64,000 nt of DNA, taken from Gemmatimonadota bacterium. Its GTDB lineage: Bacteria; Gemmatimonadota; Gemmatimonadetes; Gemmatimonadales; GWC2-71-9. The stretch is taken from positions 2,869 through 66,868 of the forward strand of contig JBDTTF010000285.1 in assembly GCA_039930765.1 (NCBI GenBank). Reading direction: 5' to 3'. Positions 45,284 through 56,230 of this stretch are shown piece by piece (position 1 is the first letter of the stretch; every line of letters starts with the position of its first letter). The position numbers and the translations under genes are program-made. Under the pieces are notes generated by a model. That model saw only the letters and a list, made by a program, of their open reading frames with translations. It had not been told where the DNA came from and searched no databases.

Positions 45284-47731
45284 ATGTCTCCCCGCGGCCG
45301 CCGGATCGGGCTCCTGCTCGCGGCCGTGGTGGTCCTGCTGTTCGCCGGACGGTGGTTCTCCCAGTTCCTGACCGATCTCTGGTGGGCGCGGTCCGTCTCC
45401 ACAGCGGCCGCGGAATTTGCCTGGCAGTGGCGCCTTCTCCGCCTGAGTCTTGAACTCACCGGTGTTGCCGTGGCCGGCGCCTGGTTCGTCGGCCACCTCC
45501 TGATCTTCTCCCGTGCTGTCTCCGGTGTCGCGATCACCCGCCGGATCGGCGGCCTCGAAATTCAGCAGGCCCTCAACAGCCGCAACCTGGTGTTGATTCT
45601 CGCCGGTCTCGGCCTGCTGGCGGGGGTGGCGGCCGGGCACGGCCAGGGAGACGCTGCCGGCTCGGCGGTGCTCGCGTTCATTGGCGTGGTCTACGGCGTC
45701 AACGATCCGATCCTGGGCCATGATCTCGGCCTCTACGTTGCCCAGCTGCCGCTGTGGCGCCTGCTGCATGCCCAGGCCCTGTTGCTCGTCATGCTGGCCA
45801 TCGCCGCCATCACGATGCTGTACACCCTGATCGGGGCGCTGCGATGGGAGGGTGGCCGGCTGGTGGCTGCGGAGCCCGCCCGTCGTCATCTCGGCTTCCT
45901 GCTGGCGGCGCTGGCGCTCTGCCTGGTGTGGGGCAGCCTGCTCGAGCCGTACGAGATGGTGGCAGGAGTCAACGATGCCAACGCCGATGGACTGTACGGA
46001 CTCCACCGGCTGATTTCGGAATTGCTGGCTGGCGTGGCGTTGGCCACGGCGCTGCTGTCCGCGTGGTGGGCATGGAAGGCCCGGCGCCGGCTGGTGGTGG
46101 CCGCGTGGATCATCCTGGCTGTTGCGTGGGTGACAGGTCATTTCCTGGTACCGGCATTCGTCACCGGCCGGGGCAAGGAAGAGGTCCTTTCGCCGAAAAC
46201 GCTGCGGCAGCTGGATGGTCTGGCGTACGGGCTGCTCGGCGCGGATGATACCCTGGCCCGGCCGGCGGTCACGGATGCCGCGCAGGTTCCCGCCGGAGTC
46301 TGGGATTCGGCGGCCGTGGTTCACGCCGCCGCCGGAGACTCCACTCGCATTCTCGGCCTCGGCCGCGGATACGTGCCGGTATCGGGAACCGCACGGCCAG
46401 CCTGGCTGATCCTGCGGCGCACCCTGCGCAATCCCCCGGAGCTCACGGCCATTGCCGACGATCGGACCAGCCCGCTCGGTGGTCCGCTGTCCTACGCCCC
46501 CGCCGACACCTTTGCCTACCCGCGGGCAGTGGTCCGACTGACGCTTGGTCCCACCGCGCTGTATCCCGGTGCGCCTCCGTTTGCGGTCGATACCCTGGCC
46601 CCAGGCCCGCTGGTCGGTGGCTGGCCCCGGAGACTGCTGCTGGCCTGGGCACTGCAGGCCGGCCGGCTGCTTGCGCCGCTCCCCGACGGCGAGCGGGTAG
46701 CGTGGCGGCTCGATCCGCTGGAACGGTTGCAGGCGCTGGCGCCCTTCATCGAATGGGAGCAGGCCGAGCCGCGGCTGCTCCGTGGTGAGCTGGTCTGGGT
46801 GGCCAACGGGTATCTGACGTCCGGCACGTTTCCGATCAGCACTCGGCTGACGTGGCACGGCCGGCGGATTGGAGCCCTGCGGAGCGCCTGCATCGGTGTC
46901 ATCGATGCCGCCGGCGGCGAACCTCACATTTATCTCCGCCCCGCCGCCGATCCGCTGGCCGAAACCTGGGCAATGGTCAGTGAAGGCCTGCTTGAGCCGG
47001 CGTCCGCGCTGCCGTCAGACCTGTCGCATGATCTCGATTATCCCGGAGAAGCGTTTCGGGTGCAGGTCCGCGTCATGGAACGCGCCCACTGGCAGTTGGG
47101 CCGGGTCGTCGGTCACACTGATACCATGCCGGAAGAGATCCCGGTCCCGGAACTGGTCTGGCATGGCGCTGAGGGTCGGCTGCGTACCGCCGCGGTCAGT
47201 CGCCCTGGGGATGGCCGGATCAATCACCTGATCGAGGGCAGTATCGAAGATGGCTGGGAACGGCTCCGGCTCTGGCACGTGGACTCGGCCTCCGCGCTGG
47301 CCGGCCGCCTGGAGCTGGAGGGCCGCTGGGCCCGCAGTGTCCCCTTCGGCGACCTGCGTGATTCGGTGCGTCTGTCCGGCGGGCGCTGGAGGACGGCGGG
47401 ACTGCGCTTTTTCCGCACCGGCGGGACCCTGGCCGCCTCCCGCTCGACCTATGCCGAGAGTCCCAACGGCGAGATGTCGCTGCTGTGGCTCGACCTGGCC
47501 ATCGGTGAGCGAATCGGTGGCGGTCGAACTCCTACGGAAGCGCTGCGGAGCCTGCTTGGACAACCGGCGGCCGGGGTGCTGGTCCTGACTCCTCCGGCGC
47601 AACTTGAGCTGGCCCGCCGCTGGTACGCCACCGCGGACTCGGCCCTCAAGCGCAGTGATTTTGCCACTTTCGGCCGCGCCTTTGAGGCCCTCCGGCGGCT
47701 GCTCGAAGTCCCGCCTCCAGCGCATAAGTGA
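45284..47731 (+). CDS. UPF0182 family membrane protein (divergent)
   Basis: TD.WW, DPILGHDLGLYV..LP, ARRHL, RLQALAPF, LVWV..GY.TS..FP, terminal DFATFG.A...L. Confidence 0.78.
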   Translation: MSPRGRRIGLLLAAVVVLLFAGRWFSQFLTDLWWARSVSTAAAEFAWQWRLLRLSLELTGVAVAGAWFVGHLLIFSRAVSGVAITRRIGGLEIQQALNSRNLVLILAGLGLLAGVAAGHGQGDAAGSAVLAFIGVVYGVNDPILGHDLGLYVAQLPLWRLLHAQALLLVMLAIAAITMLYTLIGALRWEGGRLVAAEPARRHLGFLLAALALCLVWGSLLEPYEMVAGVNDANADGLYGLHRLISELLAGVALATALLSAWWAWKARRRLVVAAWIILAVAWVTGHFLVPAFVTGRGKEEVLSPKTLRQLDGLAYGLLGADDTLARPAVTDAAQVPAGVWDSAAVVHAAAGDSTRILGLGRGYVPVSGTARPAWLILRRTLRNPPELTAIADDRTSPLGGPLSYAPADTFAYPRAVVRLTLGPTALYPGAPPFAVDTLAPGPLVGGWPRRLLLAWALQAGRLLAPLPDGERVAWRLDPLERLQALAPFIEWEQAEPRLLRGELVWVANGYLTSGTFPISTRLTWHGRRIGALRSACIGVIDAAGGEPHIYLRPAADPLAETWAMVSEGLLEPASALPSDLSHDLDYPGEAFRVQVRVMERAHWQLGRVVGHTDTMPEEIPVPELVWHGAEGRLRTAAVSRPGDGRINHLIEGSIEDGWERLRLWHVDSASALAGRLELEGRWARSVPFGDLRDSVRLSGGRWRTAGLRFFRTGGTLAASRSTYAESPNGEMSLLWLDLAIGERIGGGRTPTEALRSLLGQPAAGVLVLTPPAQLELARRWYATADSALKRSDFATFGRAFEALRRLLEVPPPAHK

Positions 47732-47736
47732 CGAAC

Positions 47737-47765
47737 TTGCCATCGGTTAGGGCGCGGGCTAGCTT
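47737..47765 (+). promoter_or_regulatory. Sigma70-type promoter for sucCD-ndk
   Basis: TTGCCA (47737-47742)-N17-TAGCTT (47760-47765). Confidence 0.65.
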
Positions 47766-47825
47766 GTGCGCTCGCGGGGCCGGAGCAGCGGTTCAGCGCT
47801 CCTTAAACGATCAGCCGGGGATGGC

Positions 47826-48965
47826 ATGAACCTCCACGAATACCAGGGACGAGCGCTGTTCAAGGCTGCCGGCATTCCCATGCCTGACGGTGACGTGGCG
47901 TCGACCGCTTCGGAAGCGGAATCGATTGCCCGCCGCCTCGGCGGCACCGTCGTCGTGAAGGCGCAGGTCCATGTCGGCGGCCGTGGCAAGGCAGGCGGCG
48001 TGAAGCTCGCCAAGTCTGCCGCCGAAGCTGGTGAGGCCGCTGAACGGATCCTCGGCATGTCGATCAAGGGGCTGGTGGTCCAGAAGGTGCTCGTGGTGCC
48101 TGCCGCCGACATCGCCAATGAAGCCTACGTCGGAATGATCATGGACCGGGACAGCCAGCGCCCGGTGTTCATGGTGAGTCCCGCCGGCGGTATCGACATC
48201 GAAGAGGTGGCGGAAAAGACGCCGGACAAGATTCGCCGTCTGGCTGTCGATCCGCGCTACGGACTGCTGCCGCACCAGGCGCTGGGGCTGGCGCTCTTTC
48301 TGTACCCGGATATTGCCAGGGCGCGGGCCGCGGCCCGGATCATGGAACAGTTGTACACCGTGTTCACCACCAATGGCTGTTCGCTGGCCGAGATCAACCC
48401 GCTGGTCACCACACCCGACGGCAAGGTCATGGCCCTCGACGCCAAGGTCATCATCGATGACAACGAGCTTGATCGGCGGCCCGACCTGGCCCTCTTGCGC
48501 GATGACACCGCCGAAGAGCCGAGTGAAGTGGCGGCCCGCCGAGCCAACCTGACGTTCATCAAGCTGAGTGGCAACGTGGGCTGTGTGGTCAATGGGGCGG
48601 GGCTGGCCATGGCCACGATGGACCTGGTCAAGTACTACGGCGGGGAACCGGCCAATTTTCTCGATATCGGCGGCAGCTCCAATCCCGAGAAGGTCGTCAA
48701 CGCGCTCCGGATCATCACCAGTGATCCCGCCGTCAAAGCCATCCTCTTCAATATCTTCGGCGGCATCACCCGGACCGATGACGTGGCCAACGGCATCGTG
48801 ACCGCCACCCGCCAGTTCAAGGTCAACGTGCCGATCGTGATCCGCCTGACCGGCACCAACGAGGCCGAGGCCTTCCGGATTCTCAAGGACGTCGGGATGA
48901 CCGCGCTGTCGGACATGGATGAAGCGGTGCGTCAGGTGGTGGCACTGGTCGGAGCGGCCGCATGA
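47826..48965 (+). CDS. sucC: Succinyl-CoA synthetase beta subunit
   Basis: [45 protein letters not shown]. Confidence 0.97.
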   Translation: MNLHEYQGRALFKAAGIPMPDGDVASTASEAESIARRLGGTVVVKAQVHVGGRGKAGGVKLAKSAAEAGEAAERILGMSIKGLVVQKVLVVPAADIANEAYVGMIMDRDSQRPVFMVSPAGGIDIEEVAEKTPDKIRRLAVDPRYGLLPHQALGLALFLYPDIARARAAARIMEQLYTVFTTNGCSLAEINPLVTTPDGKVMALDAKVIIDDNELDRRPDLALLRDDTAEEPSEVAARRANLTFIKLSGNVGCVVNGAGLAMATMDLVKYYGGEPANFLDIGGSSNPEKVVNALRIITSDPAVKAILFNIFGGITRTDDVANGIVTATRQFKVNVPIVIRLTGTNEAEAFRILKDVGMTALSDMDEAVRQVVALVGAAA

Positions 48966-49837
48966 GCATCTTCATCGACAAGGACACCCGGCTGGTGGTG
49001 CAGGGCATCACCGGCCGCGACGGTTCTTTCCACTCGAAGCAGATGATCGAGTACGGCACCAACGTCGTCGCGGGCGTCACGCCAGGCAAGGGTGGCCAGA
49101 CCTTTGAGGGCACGGTTCCGATCTTCAATACCGTCGCCGAGGCGGTCTCCAAGACCGGGGCCAACACCGCGGTGGTCTATGTGCCGCCGGCCGGTGCGGC
49201 GGGAGCTGTTTACGAAGCCGCCGATGCCGGAGTGCGGCTGGTCGTCTGCATCACCGAAGGTGTTCCGGTGATGGACATGACGAAGGTGATGCCGTACGTC
49301 CGGGAGCGCGGAGTCCGGCTGATCGGTCCCAATTGTCCCGGGCTGATCAGCCCGGGCGCGTCGAAGGTCGGCATCATCCCCGGCAACATCTGCGCCCCCG
49401 GCCGGGTTGGGATCGTCTCGCGCAGCGGCACCCTGACGTACGAGATCGTCAATCATCTCACGAAAAACGGGATCGGCCAGAGCAGTTGTGTCGGCATCGG
49501 CGGGGACCCGATCATCGGCACCAACTTCATCGACGTGCTCGGCGCCTTCAACGACGATCCGGGCACCGATGTGATCGTGATGATGGGCGAAATCGGTGGC
49601 ACCGACGAGCAGAATGCCGCCGCCTTCGTGAAGGCCAAGGTCAAGAAGCCGGTGGTCGGATTCATTGCCGGACAGACGGCGCCCAAGGGCCGTCGGATGG
49701 GCCACGCCGGCGCGATCATTTCCGGATCCTCCGGAACGGCGGAAGAAAAGATTGCCGCCTTTGCCGCCGCCGGGATCGGCGTCATGAAGCGGCCCATCGA
49801 CGTGGTGGAGCTGGTCCGGGCTCGGCTCAAGCAGTAG
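48962..49837 (+). CDS. sucD: Succinyl-CoA synthetase alpha subunit
   Basis: [35 protein letters not shown]. Confidence 0.97.
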   Translation: MSIFIDKDTRLVVQGITGRDGSFHSKQMIEYGTNVVAGVTPGKGGQTFEGTVPIFNTVAEAVSKTGANTAVVYVPPAGAAGAVYEAADAGVRLVVCITEGVPVMDMTKVMPYVRERGVRLIGPNCPGLISPGASKVGIIPGNICAPGRVGIVSRSGTLTYEIVNHLTKNGIGQSSCVGIGGDPIIGTNFIDVLGAFNDDPGTDVIVMMGEIGGTDEQNAAAFVKAKVKKPVVGFIAGQTAPKGRRMGHAGAIISGSSGTAEEKIAAFAAAGIGVMKRPIDVVELVRARLKQ

Positions 49838-49870
49838 TGCCGGATCTTTTCAATTTATCTCGAGGATACA

Positions 49871-50299
49871 GTGGCTGAACTCACGCTGGGAATCGTCAAA
49901 CCCGATGCCGTGGCCAGTGGCAAAGCGGGACTGATCGTCGCCCACCTGCAGCAGGCCGGATTCGTCCTCCGCGCCACCCGGCTGGTCCGTCTGACTCATG
50001 CCGAGGCCTCGGCCTTTTATGCGGTGCATCAGGGCCGGCCATTCTATCCCGAACTGGTGAGCTTCATGACCAGCGGGCCCTGCCTGCCGATGGCGCTTGA
50101 GCGCCAGGACGCGGTGGCGTTCATGCGGACCACGATCGGGTCCACCGACCCCGCGGAGGCGGCCGCCGGCACCATCCGGAAGCTGTACGCCGAGTCCAAG
50201 GGCCGGAACGCGATCCACGCATCGGACAGCGTGGAGAACGGCAAGCGGGAGATCGGCTTTTTCTTCACCGAGGCCGAACTGGCAGGGCTCTGGGGCTGA
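49871..50299 (+). CDS. ndk: Nucleoside diphosphate kinase
   Basis: VKPDAV, FMTSGP, GTIR, NAIHASDS. Confidence 0.96.
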   Translation: MAELTLGIVKPDAVASGKAGLIVAHLQQAGFVLRATRLVRLTHAEASAFYAVHQGRPFYPELVSFMTSGPCLPMALERQDAVAFMRTTIGSTDPAEAAAGTIRKLYAESKGRNAIHASDSVENGKREIGFFFTEAELAGLWG

Positions 50300-50320
50300 G
50301 CTTCGGTCACCCCTGTCCGC

Positions 50321-50349
50321 TTGCCCCAAGTCGTTGTCCCGACTAACTT
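50321..50349 (+). promoter_or_regulatory. Sigma70-type promoter for yceD-rpmF-plsX-fab, possibly leaderless
   Basis: TTGCCC (50321-50326)-N17-TAACTT (50344-50349); ATG only 8 nt downstream. Confidence 0.65.
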
Positions 50350-50357
50350 AACGGGCT

Positions 50358-50828
50358 ATGCTCAGGGTCGATATCCGCGATCTCGATGCCGGTCCGGTCG
50401 AGACAACGGCGCAGCTGGAACCAGAGGACCCGGTGTTCGAAGGACTCGGTCTCGAGTTTGAGGGCCCGGTCAAGGTGGGGGGCCAGCTGCAGGCCAGCGG
50501 GCCCGATGAATTTCTCTGGCGTGGCGAGTTGACCGGACAGCTGCGGACAACCTGCCGGCGCTGCCTGGTGGATCTCAGCTTGCCGCTCAGGGCCCAGGTC
50601 GGGGTGTTGTTCAGCATGGATCCGGATGCGGCGGATGACCCCAGTGTGTATCTGGTGCCGGAGCCGATGTCTCACGTGGATGTGCGGCCAGCCGTGCGGG
50701 AAGAGATTGCCCTGGCCGCGCCAAAATATGCACTATGCCGCGAGGATTGCCGCGGCCTCTGCCAGCGGTGCGGGGCGGATCTGAACGCGGGGCCGTGCCG
50801 CTGCACGGCTCCTGCCGAACCAGTCTGA
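50358..50828 (+). CDS. yceD: DUF177/YceD family protein
   Basis: CRRCL, LCREDCRGLCQRCGADLN..PCRC; directly upstream of rpmF. Confidence 0.9.
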   Translation: MLRVDIRDLDAGPVETTAQLEPEDPVFEGLGLEFEGPVKVGGQLQASGPDEFLWRGELTGQLRTTCRRCLVDLSLPLRAQVGVLFSMDPDAADDPSVYLVPEPMSHVDVRPAVREEIALAAPKYALCREDCRGLCQRCGADLNAGPCRCTAPAEPV

Positions 50829-50835
50829 GGAAGCG

Positions 50836-51018
50836 ATGGCTGTACCGAAGCGAAAGACGTCCAAGGCCCGGAAGCGGAGCCGCCGGGGCAATCACAAGGC
50901 GCCCAGCATGGCCACCCAGTCCTGTCCCCGCTGCAGCAGCCCCAAGCTGTCGCACCGGATCTGCCCCACCTGCGGTTATTACCGGGGCAAGAAACAGCTC
51001 GAGGTCGAGGACGCCTGA
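50836..51018 (+). CDS. rpmF: 50S ribosomal protein L32 (Zn-ribbon type)
   Basis: MAVPKRKTSKARKRSRR, CPRC..HRICPTCGYY. Confidence 0.97.
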   Translation: MAVPKRKTSKARKRSRRGNHKAPSMATQSCPRCSSPKLSHRICPTCGYYRGKKQLEVEDA

Positions 51019-51020
51019 GC

Positions 51021-52034
51021 GTGATCCGCATCGCGCTGGACGCGATGGGGGGCGATCACGCCCCGCAAGCGGAAATCGAGGGGGCACTCCTCGCGCTCGA
51101 ATCATTGCCCCCGGAGTTTGTCATCCAGCTGGTCGGCCGTCCCGAGGCCATCCAGGCTGAGCTGGCACGCCATCCGGCCGCCGATCTGAGCCGGCTGCCG
51201 ATCGTGCCGGCCAGCGAAGTCGTCAGCATGAACGAGAAGCCCCTCCAGGCCATCCGCAAGAAACCCAACAGCTCCATCGCCGTCGGACTTGGCCTGCAGC
51301 GCAGCGGCCAGGCCGACGCATTCGTGTCAGCCGGCAATACCGGCGCGGTGCTGGCCGGTTCGACCATGATCCTGGGGCTGCATGACGGGGTCGAGCGGGC
51401 CACCGTCGCCACCCTGTTTCCGACGGCCGACGTGCCGGTGCTGGTGCTCGATGCCGGCGCCAACGTCGACTGCTCGGCCCGGGAGCTGACCTGTTTTGCC
51501 CGGCTGGGCAATGTCTACGTCCGGGATGTGCTCGACCGGCCCAATCCGCAGGTCGGGCTGCTCAACATCGGCGAAGAGGACGAGAAGGGAAACGCGGCCG
51601 CCAAGGAAGCCCACCAGATGCTGAAGCAGCTGACCGGGATCAACTACGTCGGCAATATCGAGGGCCGCGATATCCTGGCCGGTCACGCCAAGCACGGCCA
51701 GATCGATATCGTGGTCTGCGATGGCTTCGTCGGCAACGTGGTGCTCAAGTTCTATGAGTCGGTGGCCCGGCTGATCGTCCGGCTGGTCAAACAGCGGGCG
51801 CCGGAGGTTCTGGAGCGGAAGGACATCCGGGGCGTGTTCCAGGTCCTGGACTATTCCGAGTACGGCGGCGCCCCGCTGCTGGGTGTAAAGGGGGTGTCGA
51901 TCATCTGTCACGGGTCCTCCACGCCGCACGCCTTCAAGAATGCCATCCGGGTCGCCATCCAGTCCGTTACCCACCAGCTCAGCCAGCACATCGGGGTCGA
52001 AATGGCCCAGCCCAGCCCCCCGGTCCGCAGTTGA
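51021..52034 (+). CDS. plsX: Phosphate acyltransferase
   Basis: IALDAMGGDHAP, SAGNTGA, DAGANVD, CDGFVGN, YGGAPLLG, HGSS. Confidence 0.96.
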   Translation: MIRIALDAMGGDHAPQAEIEGALLALESLPPEFVIQLVGRPEAIQAELARHPAADLSRLPIVPASEVVSMNEKPLQAIRKKPNSSIAVGLGLQRSGQADAFVSAGNTGAVLAGSTMILGLHDGVERATVATLFPTADVPVLVLDAGANVDCSARELTCFARLGNVYVRDVLDRPNPQVGLLNIGEEDEKGNAAAKEAHQMLKQLTGINYVGNIEGRDILAGHAKHGQIDIVVCDGFVGNVVLKFYESVARLIVRLVKQRAPEVLERKDIRGVFQVLDYSEYGGAPLLGVKGVSIICHGSSTPHAFKNAIRVAIQSVTHQLSQHIGVEMAQPSPPVRS

Positions 52035-53023
52035 TCCGGCGTCCCTTTGCCCGGGTGACCGGTATCGGGTCCGCGGTCCCGGCCCGGCTGGTAACCAACG
52101 CCGACCTCGAAAAAATCCTCGACACCTCCGACCAGTGGATCGTGGAGCGGACCGGCATCCGGCAGCGCTACATGGCGGGGCCCGGGGAGACGGTCGCCAG
52201 TCTGTCGATGATTGCTTCTCAACGGGCCATGCAGCAGGCGGGCATTGCGGCCACCGACATCGGGGCCATTGTCATGGGCACCGCCTCGCCGGACCGGCTG
52301 CTGCCCTCGACCGCCTGCGATCTCCAGGCACTGCTCGGTGCCACCAATGCCGCCGCCTTTGACGTCCAGGCTGCCTGCCCCGGATTCATCTACGCGTTGA
52401 CGGTGGCGGAAGGACTGATCGCCAGCGGGCAGGCCGAGATCACCCTGGTCCTCGGTGCCGAGAAGCTCAGCACGATCACCGACCAGACCGACCGGTCCAC
52501 CGCCATTCTCTTCGGCGACGGAGCCGGTGCCGCCATCGTTCGCAAGGTGGACGGCGGCGATCGCGGCGTGCTCTCGACCTTCATCAAGTCGGATGGCCGG
52601 CTGGCCCCCCTGCTCTATCGACCGGGTGGCGGATCCTCCGACCCGATCAGCGAAAAAGTGGTCGGCGAGCGGAACCATTACATGAAAATGGCCGGCCGCG
52701 AGGTCTTCAAGCACGCGGTGCTGACCATGGCCGAGGCCTGCGATGTGGCGATGAGCCGGGCCGGCGTCACCTTTGAGCAGATCGACCTGCTGGTGCCGCA
52801 CCAGGCCAACATCCGGATCATCGAGGCCACGGCCAAGCACGCCGGGATGCCGATGGACAAGGTCATGGTCAACGTTGACCGGTTTGGCAACACGTCGTCG
52901 GCCTCGATTCCGCTGGCCCTGGTGCAGGCGGAGGAAGAGGGCCGGCTCAAGCCCGGGATGCTGGTGCTGCTGGTGGCATTCGGCGCCGGCTTTACCTGGG
53001 GCAGCGCGGTCATCCGGTGGTAG
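52031..53023 (+). CDS. fabH: 3-oxoacyl-ACP synthase III
   Basis: DTSDQWIVERTGI, AACPGF, PHQAN, GNTSSASIP, FGAGFTWG. Confidence 0.96.
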   Translation: MIRRPFARVTGIGSAVPARLVTNADLEKILDTSDQWIVERTGIRQRYMAGPGETVASLSMIASQRAMQQAGIAATDIGAIVMGTASPDRLLPSTACDLQALLGATNAAAFDVQAACPGFIYALTVAEGLIASGQAEITLVLGAEKLSTITDQTDRSTAILFGDGAGAAIVRKVDGGDRGVLSTFIKSDGRLAPLLYRPGGGSSDPISEKVVGERNHYMKMAGREVFKHAVLTMAEACDVAMSRAGVTFEQIDLLVPHQANIRIIEATAKHAGMPMDKVMVNVDRFGNTSSASIPLALVQAEEEGRLKPGMLVLLVAFGAGFTWGSAVIRW

Positions 53024-53946
53024 TGGTCGTGATGTGCCCCGGGCAGGGGGCGCAGAAGGTCGGAATGGGGAAGGACCTCGCCGAGCGATTTCCCGCGGCC
53101 CGGGCCACCTTTGAAGCCATCGACGAAGCGCTGGGCGTTTCGCTCTCCCACCTGATGTGGCAGGGGCCCGAAGACCAGCTCACCCTCACGCACAACGCCC
53201 AACCGGCTATTCTGGCCCACAGCGCCGCGGTGCTGGCGGTCGTCGGCAGCAGGCTGGCGACGGCCGCGGCCAGCATGGGGCATAGCCTCGGCGAGTACAG
53301 CGCCTATATCGCGGCCGGCGCCCTCGAAGCCACGGCTGCAGCGCGACTGGTGCGCCGCCGCGGGGAACTGATGCTCGAAGCCGGTGCGGCCCGGCCCGGC
53401 ACCATGGCCGCGGTGCTCGGGCTCGACACCGCCCAGGTCGAGGCCGCGTGCGCCGAGGCATCGAACAGCAGCGAGGTCGTGGTGGCAGCCAACCTCAATG
53501 CTCCTGACCAGACGGTCATCTCCGGCGATCCTGCGGCCGTGGCCCGGGCCGGTGAGGGGTGCAAGGCCAAGGGCGCCAAGCGAGTGCTGCCACTCAAGGT
53601 CAGCGGTGCCTTTCATTCGCCGCTGATGGCGCCGGCCGTAGCCGGTCTCGAAGCCGCATTGGCCGCTGCAACGATCACTGACCCGAGATTCCCGGTGATC
53701 GCCAACGCCACTGCCGCGGAAGTTCGTACCGGAGCGGCGGCGCGCCAGCAGCTTGCCGCCCAGTTGACGGCGCCGGTCCGGTGGGTCGCGTCGGTCGAGC
53801 AGGCCGGCCGACTGGCACCCGGGGCCACCTTCATCGAAGCCGGGCCCGGTGCCGTGCTGTCCGGACTGGTCAAGCGGATCCTGCCTGGCACTGCGACCAT
53901 TGCGCTGGGTACCGCCGATGACGTTGATAAATTCATGAGCAGCTGA
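53017..53946 (+). CDS. fabD: Malonyl-CoA-ACP transacylase
   Basis: PGQGAQ, GHSLGEYSA, VSGAFHSPLM, PVRW. Exact start uncertain. Confidence 0.95.
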   Translation: MVVVVMCPGQGAQKVGMGKDLAERFPAARATFEAIDEALGVSLSHLMWQGPEDQLTLTHNAQPAILAHSAAVLAVVGSRLATAAASMGHSLGEYSAYIAAGALEATAAARLVRRRGELMLEAGAARPGTMAAVLGLDTAQVEAACAEASNSSEVVVAANLNAPDQTVISGDPAAVARAGEGCKAKGAKRVLPLKVSGAFHSPLMAPAVAGLEAALAAATITDPRFPVIANATAAEVRTGAAARQQLAAQLTAPVRWVASVEQAGRLAPGATFIEAGPGAVLSGLVKRILPGTATIALGTADDVDKFMSS

Positions 53947-53949
53947 CCG

Positions 53950-54693
53950 ATGGCCAGCGCCATGGATTTCACCGGCAAGGTCGCCTTTGTCACGGGCAGC
54001 ACCCGCGGAATCGGCAATGCCATCGCCCGCGCCTTCCATGCGGCGGGGGCCAGTGTGGCCATCGTCGGGCGGGACCTGGCCAAGGCCCAGGCGGCCGCGG
54101 TAGTGCTGGGAGAGCGGACAGTCGGGGTGGCCTGCGACGTGGCGGATGGAGCCCAGGTCGATGCCGCCATTGCGGCGGCCGAAGCGGCCCTGGGACCGAT
54201 CGATATCCTGGTCAACAACGCCGGCCTGACCCGGGACAACCTGCTGCTCCGGCTGTCCGAAGCCGATTGGGACGCGGTGCTCGATGCCAACCTCAAGGGC
54301 GCCTTTCACACCATGAAGGCCGTCACCCGCGGCATGATGAAGCGCCGCCACGGCCGGATCATCAATGTGGCCAGTGTGGTCGGGATCACCGGCAACAAGG
54401 GGCAGGCGAATTATGCCGCCTCCAAGGCCGGACTGATTGGCCTGACCAAGAGCGTGGCCAAGGAGTACGCCAGCCGCAATGTCCTGGTCAATTGCGTGGC
54501 CCCGGGATTCATCGAGACCGATATGACCAGCGGCTTGCCCGATGAGGCTCGGGCCGCGATGTTACACGGCGTTGCGCTGGGCCGGCCGGGCCGCCCGGAA
54601 GAGGTGGCGTGCGCGGTGCTTTTTCTGGCCTCCGATCTGGCCGGCTACATCACCGGACAGGTCCTGGTGGTCGACGGCGGCATGGTCTTCTGA
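53950..54693 (+). CDS. fabG: 3-oxoacyl-ACP reductase
   Basis: [31 protein letters not shown]. Confidence 0.96.
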   Translation: MASAMDFTGKVAFVTGSTRGIGNAIARAFHAAGASVAIVGRDLAKAQAAAVVLGERTVGVACDVADGAQVDAAIAAAEAALGPIDILVNNAGLTRDNLLLRLSEADWDAVLDANLKGAFHTMKAVTRGMMKRRHGRIINVASVVGITGNKGQANYAASKAGLIGLTKSVAKEYASRNVLVNCVAPGFIETDMTSGLPDEARAAMLHGVALGRPGRPEEVACAVLFLASDLAGYITGQVLVVDGGMVF

Positions 54694-54727
54694 CCGTTCG
54701 CATCTTCATCACACTTTCGAGGACGAC

Positions 54728-54967
54728 ATGGCTGACATCGAAGAAAAGGTCAAGGACATCATCGTCGAGGAGCTCGGCGTCGAGCGCGAGAAGCTGACCG
54801 CCGAGGCCAGCTTCATGGAAGACCTCGGCGCGGACAGCCTCGACACGGTCGAGCTGGTCATGGCGTTCGAGAAGGAGTTCGACATCGACATTCCCGACGA
54901 GGATGCCGAGAAGCTGCGGACCGTCGGCGATGCGCTCAAGTATCTCCACGACAAGATGGGCAAGTAA
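54728..54967 (+). CDS. acpP: Acyl carrier protein
   Basis: [26 protein letters not shown]. Confidence 0.97.
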   Translation: MADIEEKVKDIIVEELGVEREKLTAEASFMEDLGADSLDTVELVMAFEKEFDIDIPDEDAEKLRTVGDALKYLHDKMGK

Positions 54968-54971
54968 CTTG

Positions 54972-56210
54972 GTGCAGCGCGTCGTGGTCACCGGCGTGGG
55001 GATGGTGTCCCCCGTCGGCAATACGGTCGATGAAACCTGGAATGCGCTCCTGGCCGGACGGTCGGGAGCTGCCCCCATCACCAAATTCGATCCCGCCAGA
55101 CTCTCGGTCCGCTTCGCCTGTGAGGTGAAGGGGTTCGATCCGCTGCTGTACATCGATCGCAAGGAAGCCAGGCGCTACGACCTGTTTGCCCAGTTCGCGC
55201 TGGCGTCTGCCCACCAGGCGGTGGTGCAGGCCGGCCTGGACAAGGGATTTCCGTCGCCGGAACGGACCGGTGTGGTACTGGGCAGCGGCATCGGGGGCAT
55301 GCAGACCTACGAAGACAACTGCACGGCCTACATCCTCAAGGGGCCGGACCGGGTCTCCCCGTTCTTCGTCCCGATGTTCATCTCGAACATGGCCCCGGGG
55401 CTGGTCTCGATGCGGTATGGACTCAAGGGGCCGAACTTTGCCACCGTCTCGGCCTGCGCCTCCTCGGCCCACGCCATCGGAGAGTCCTACAAGCTGATCA
55501 AGTCCGGCGCTGCCGATGCCATGGTGGCCGGTGGCTCCGAAGCGGCCATTACCGGCCTCACGGTGGCGGCCTTTTCCAACATGAAAGCAATGTCGACCCG
55601 GAACGATGACCCGGCGACCGCCAGCCGCCCGTTCGACAAGGACCGGGATGGGTTCGTACTGGCCGACGGCGGCGCGGTCATCGTCCTCGAAAGCCTCGAG
55701 CACGCGACCCGGCGGGGTGCCAACATCCTCGGTGAAATCCTGGGTTACGGCCTCACCGGCGATGCCTACCACATCTCGGCCCCGGCACCGGAAGGCGAGG
55801 GCGCCCAGCGGGCCATGAAGATGTGCCTGGAAGACGGCGCGATCCGGCGGGAGGATGTTGGCTATATCAACGCCCACGGCACCTCGACTCCGCAGGGAGA
55901 CATTGCCGAGACGCAGGCAGTGAAAGCGGTCTTCGGGGCCCAGGCCCGAAAGCTGGTCTTCGGGTCCACCAAGTCGATGACCGGCCACCTTCTGGGCGGA
56001 GCGGGGGCGCTGGAGTTTGCCATTTCCTTGATGGTGGTCAATACCGGCAAGATTCCACCGACCATCAACCAGTTCCATTCCGATCCCGAGTGTGATCTCG
56101 AGTGCGCCCCCAACCAGGCCATTGAGCGGAAGGTGGATGTTGCCCTGTCCAACTCATTCGGGTTTGGCGGGCACAACGTGACCCTGGCAGTCAAGGGCTT
56201 CAAGCCGTAG
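54972..56210 (+). CDS. fabF: 3-oxoacyl-ACP synthase II
   Basis: RVVVTG.G, SACAS, RPFD.DRDGFV, NAHGTST, TGHLLG, SNSFGFGGHN. Start is GTG 54972 or TTG 54969. Confidence 0.96.
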   Translation: MQRVVVTGVGMVSPVGNTVDETWNALLAGRSGAAPITKFDPARLSVRFACEVKGFDPLLYIDRKEARRYDLFAQFALASAHQAVVQAGLDKGFPSPERTGVVLGSGIGGMQTYEDNCTAYILKGPDRVSPFFVPMFISNMAPGLVSMRYGLKGPNFATVSACASSAHAIGESYKLIKSGAADAMVAGGSEAAITGLTVAAFSNMKAMSTRNDDPATASRPFDKDRDGFVLADGGAVIVLESLEHATRRGANILGEILGYGLTGDAYHISAPAPEGEGAQRAMKMCLEDGAIRREDVGYINAHGTSTPQGDIAETQAVKAVFGAQARKLVFGSTKSMTGHLLGGAGALEFAISLMVVNTGKIPPTINQFHSDPECDLECAPNQAIERKVDVALSNSFGFGGHNVTLAVKGFKP

Positions 56211-56230
56211 TCGGAATTGGCCGTCCTGAC

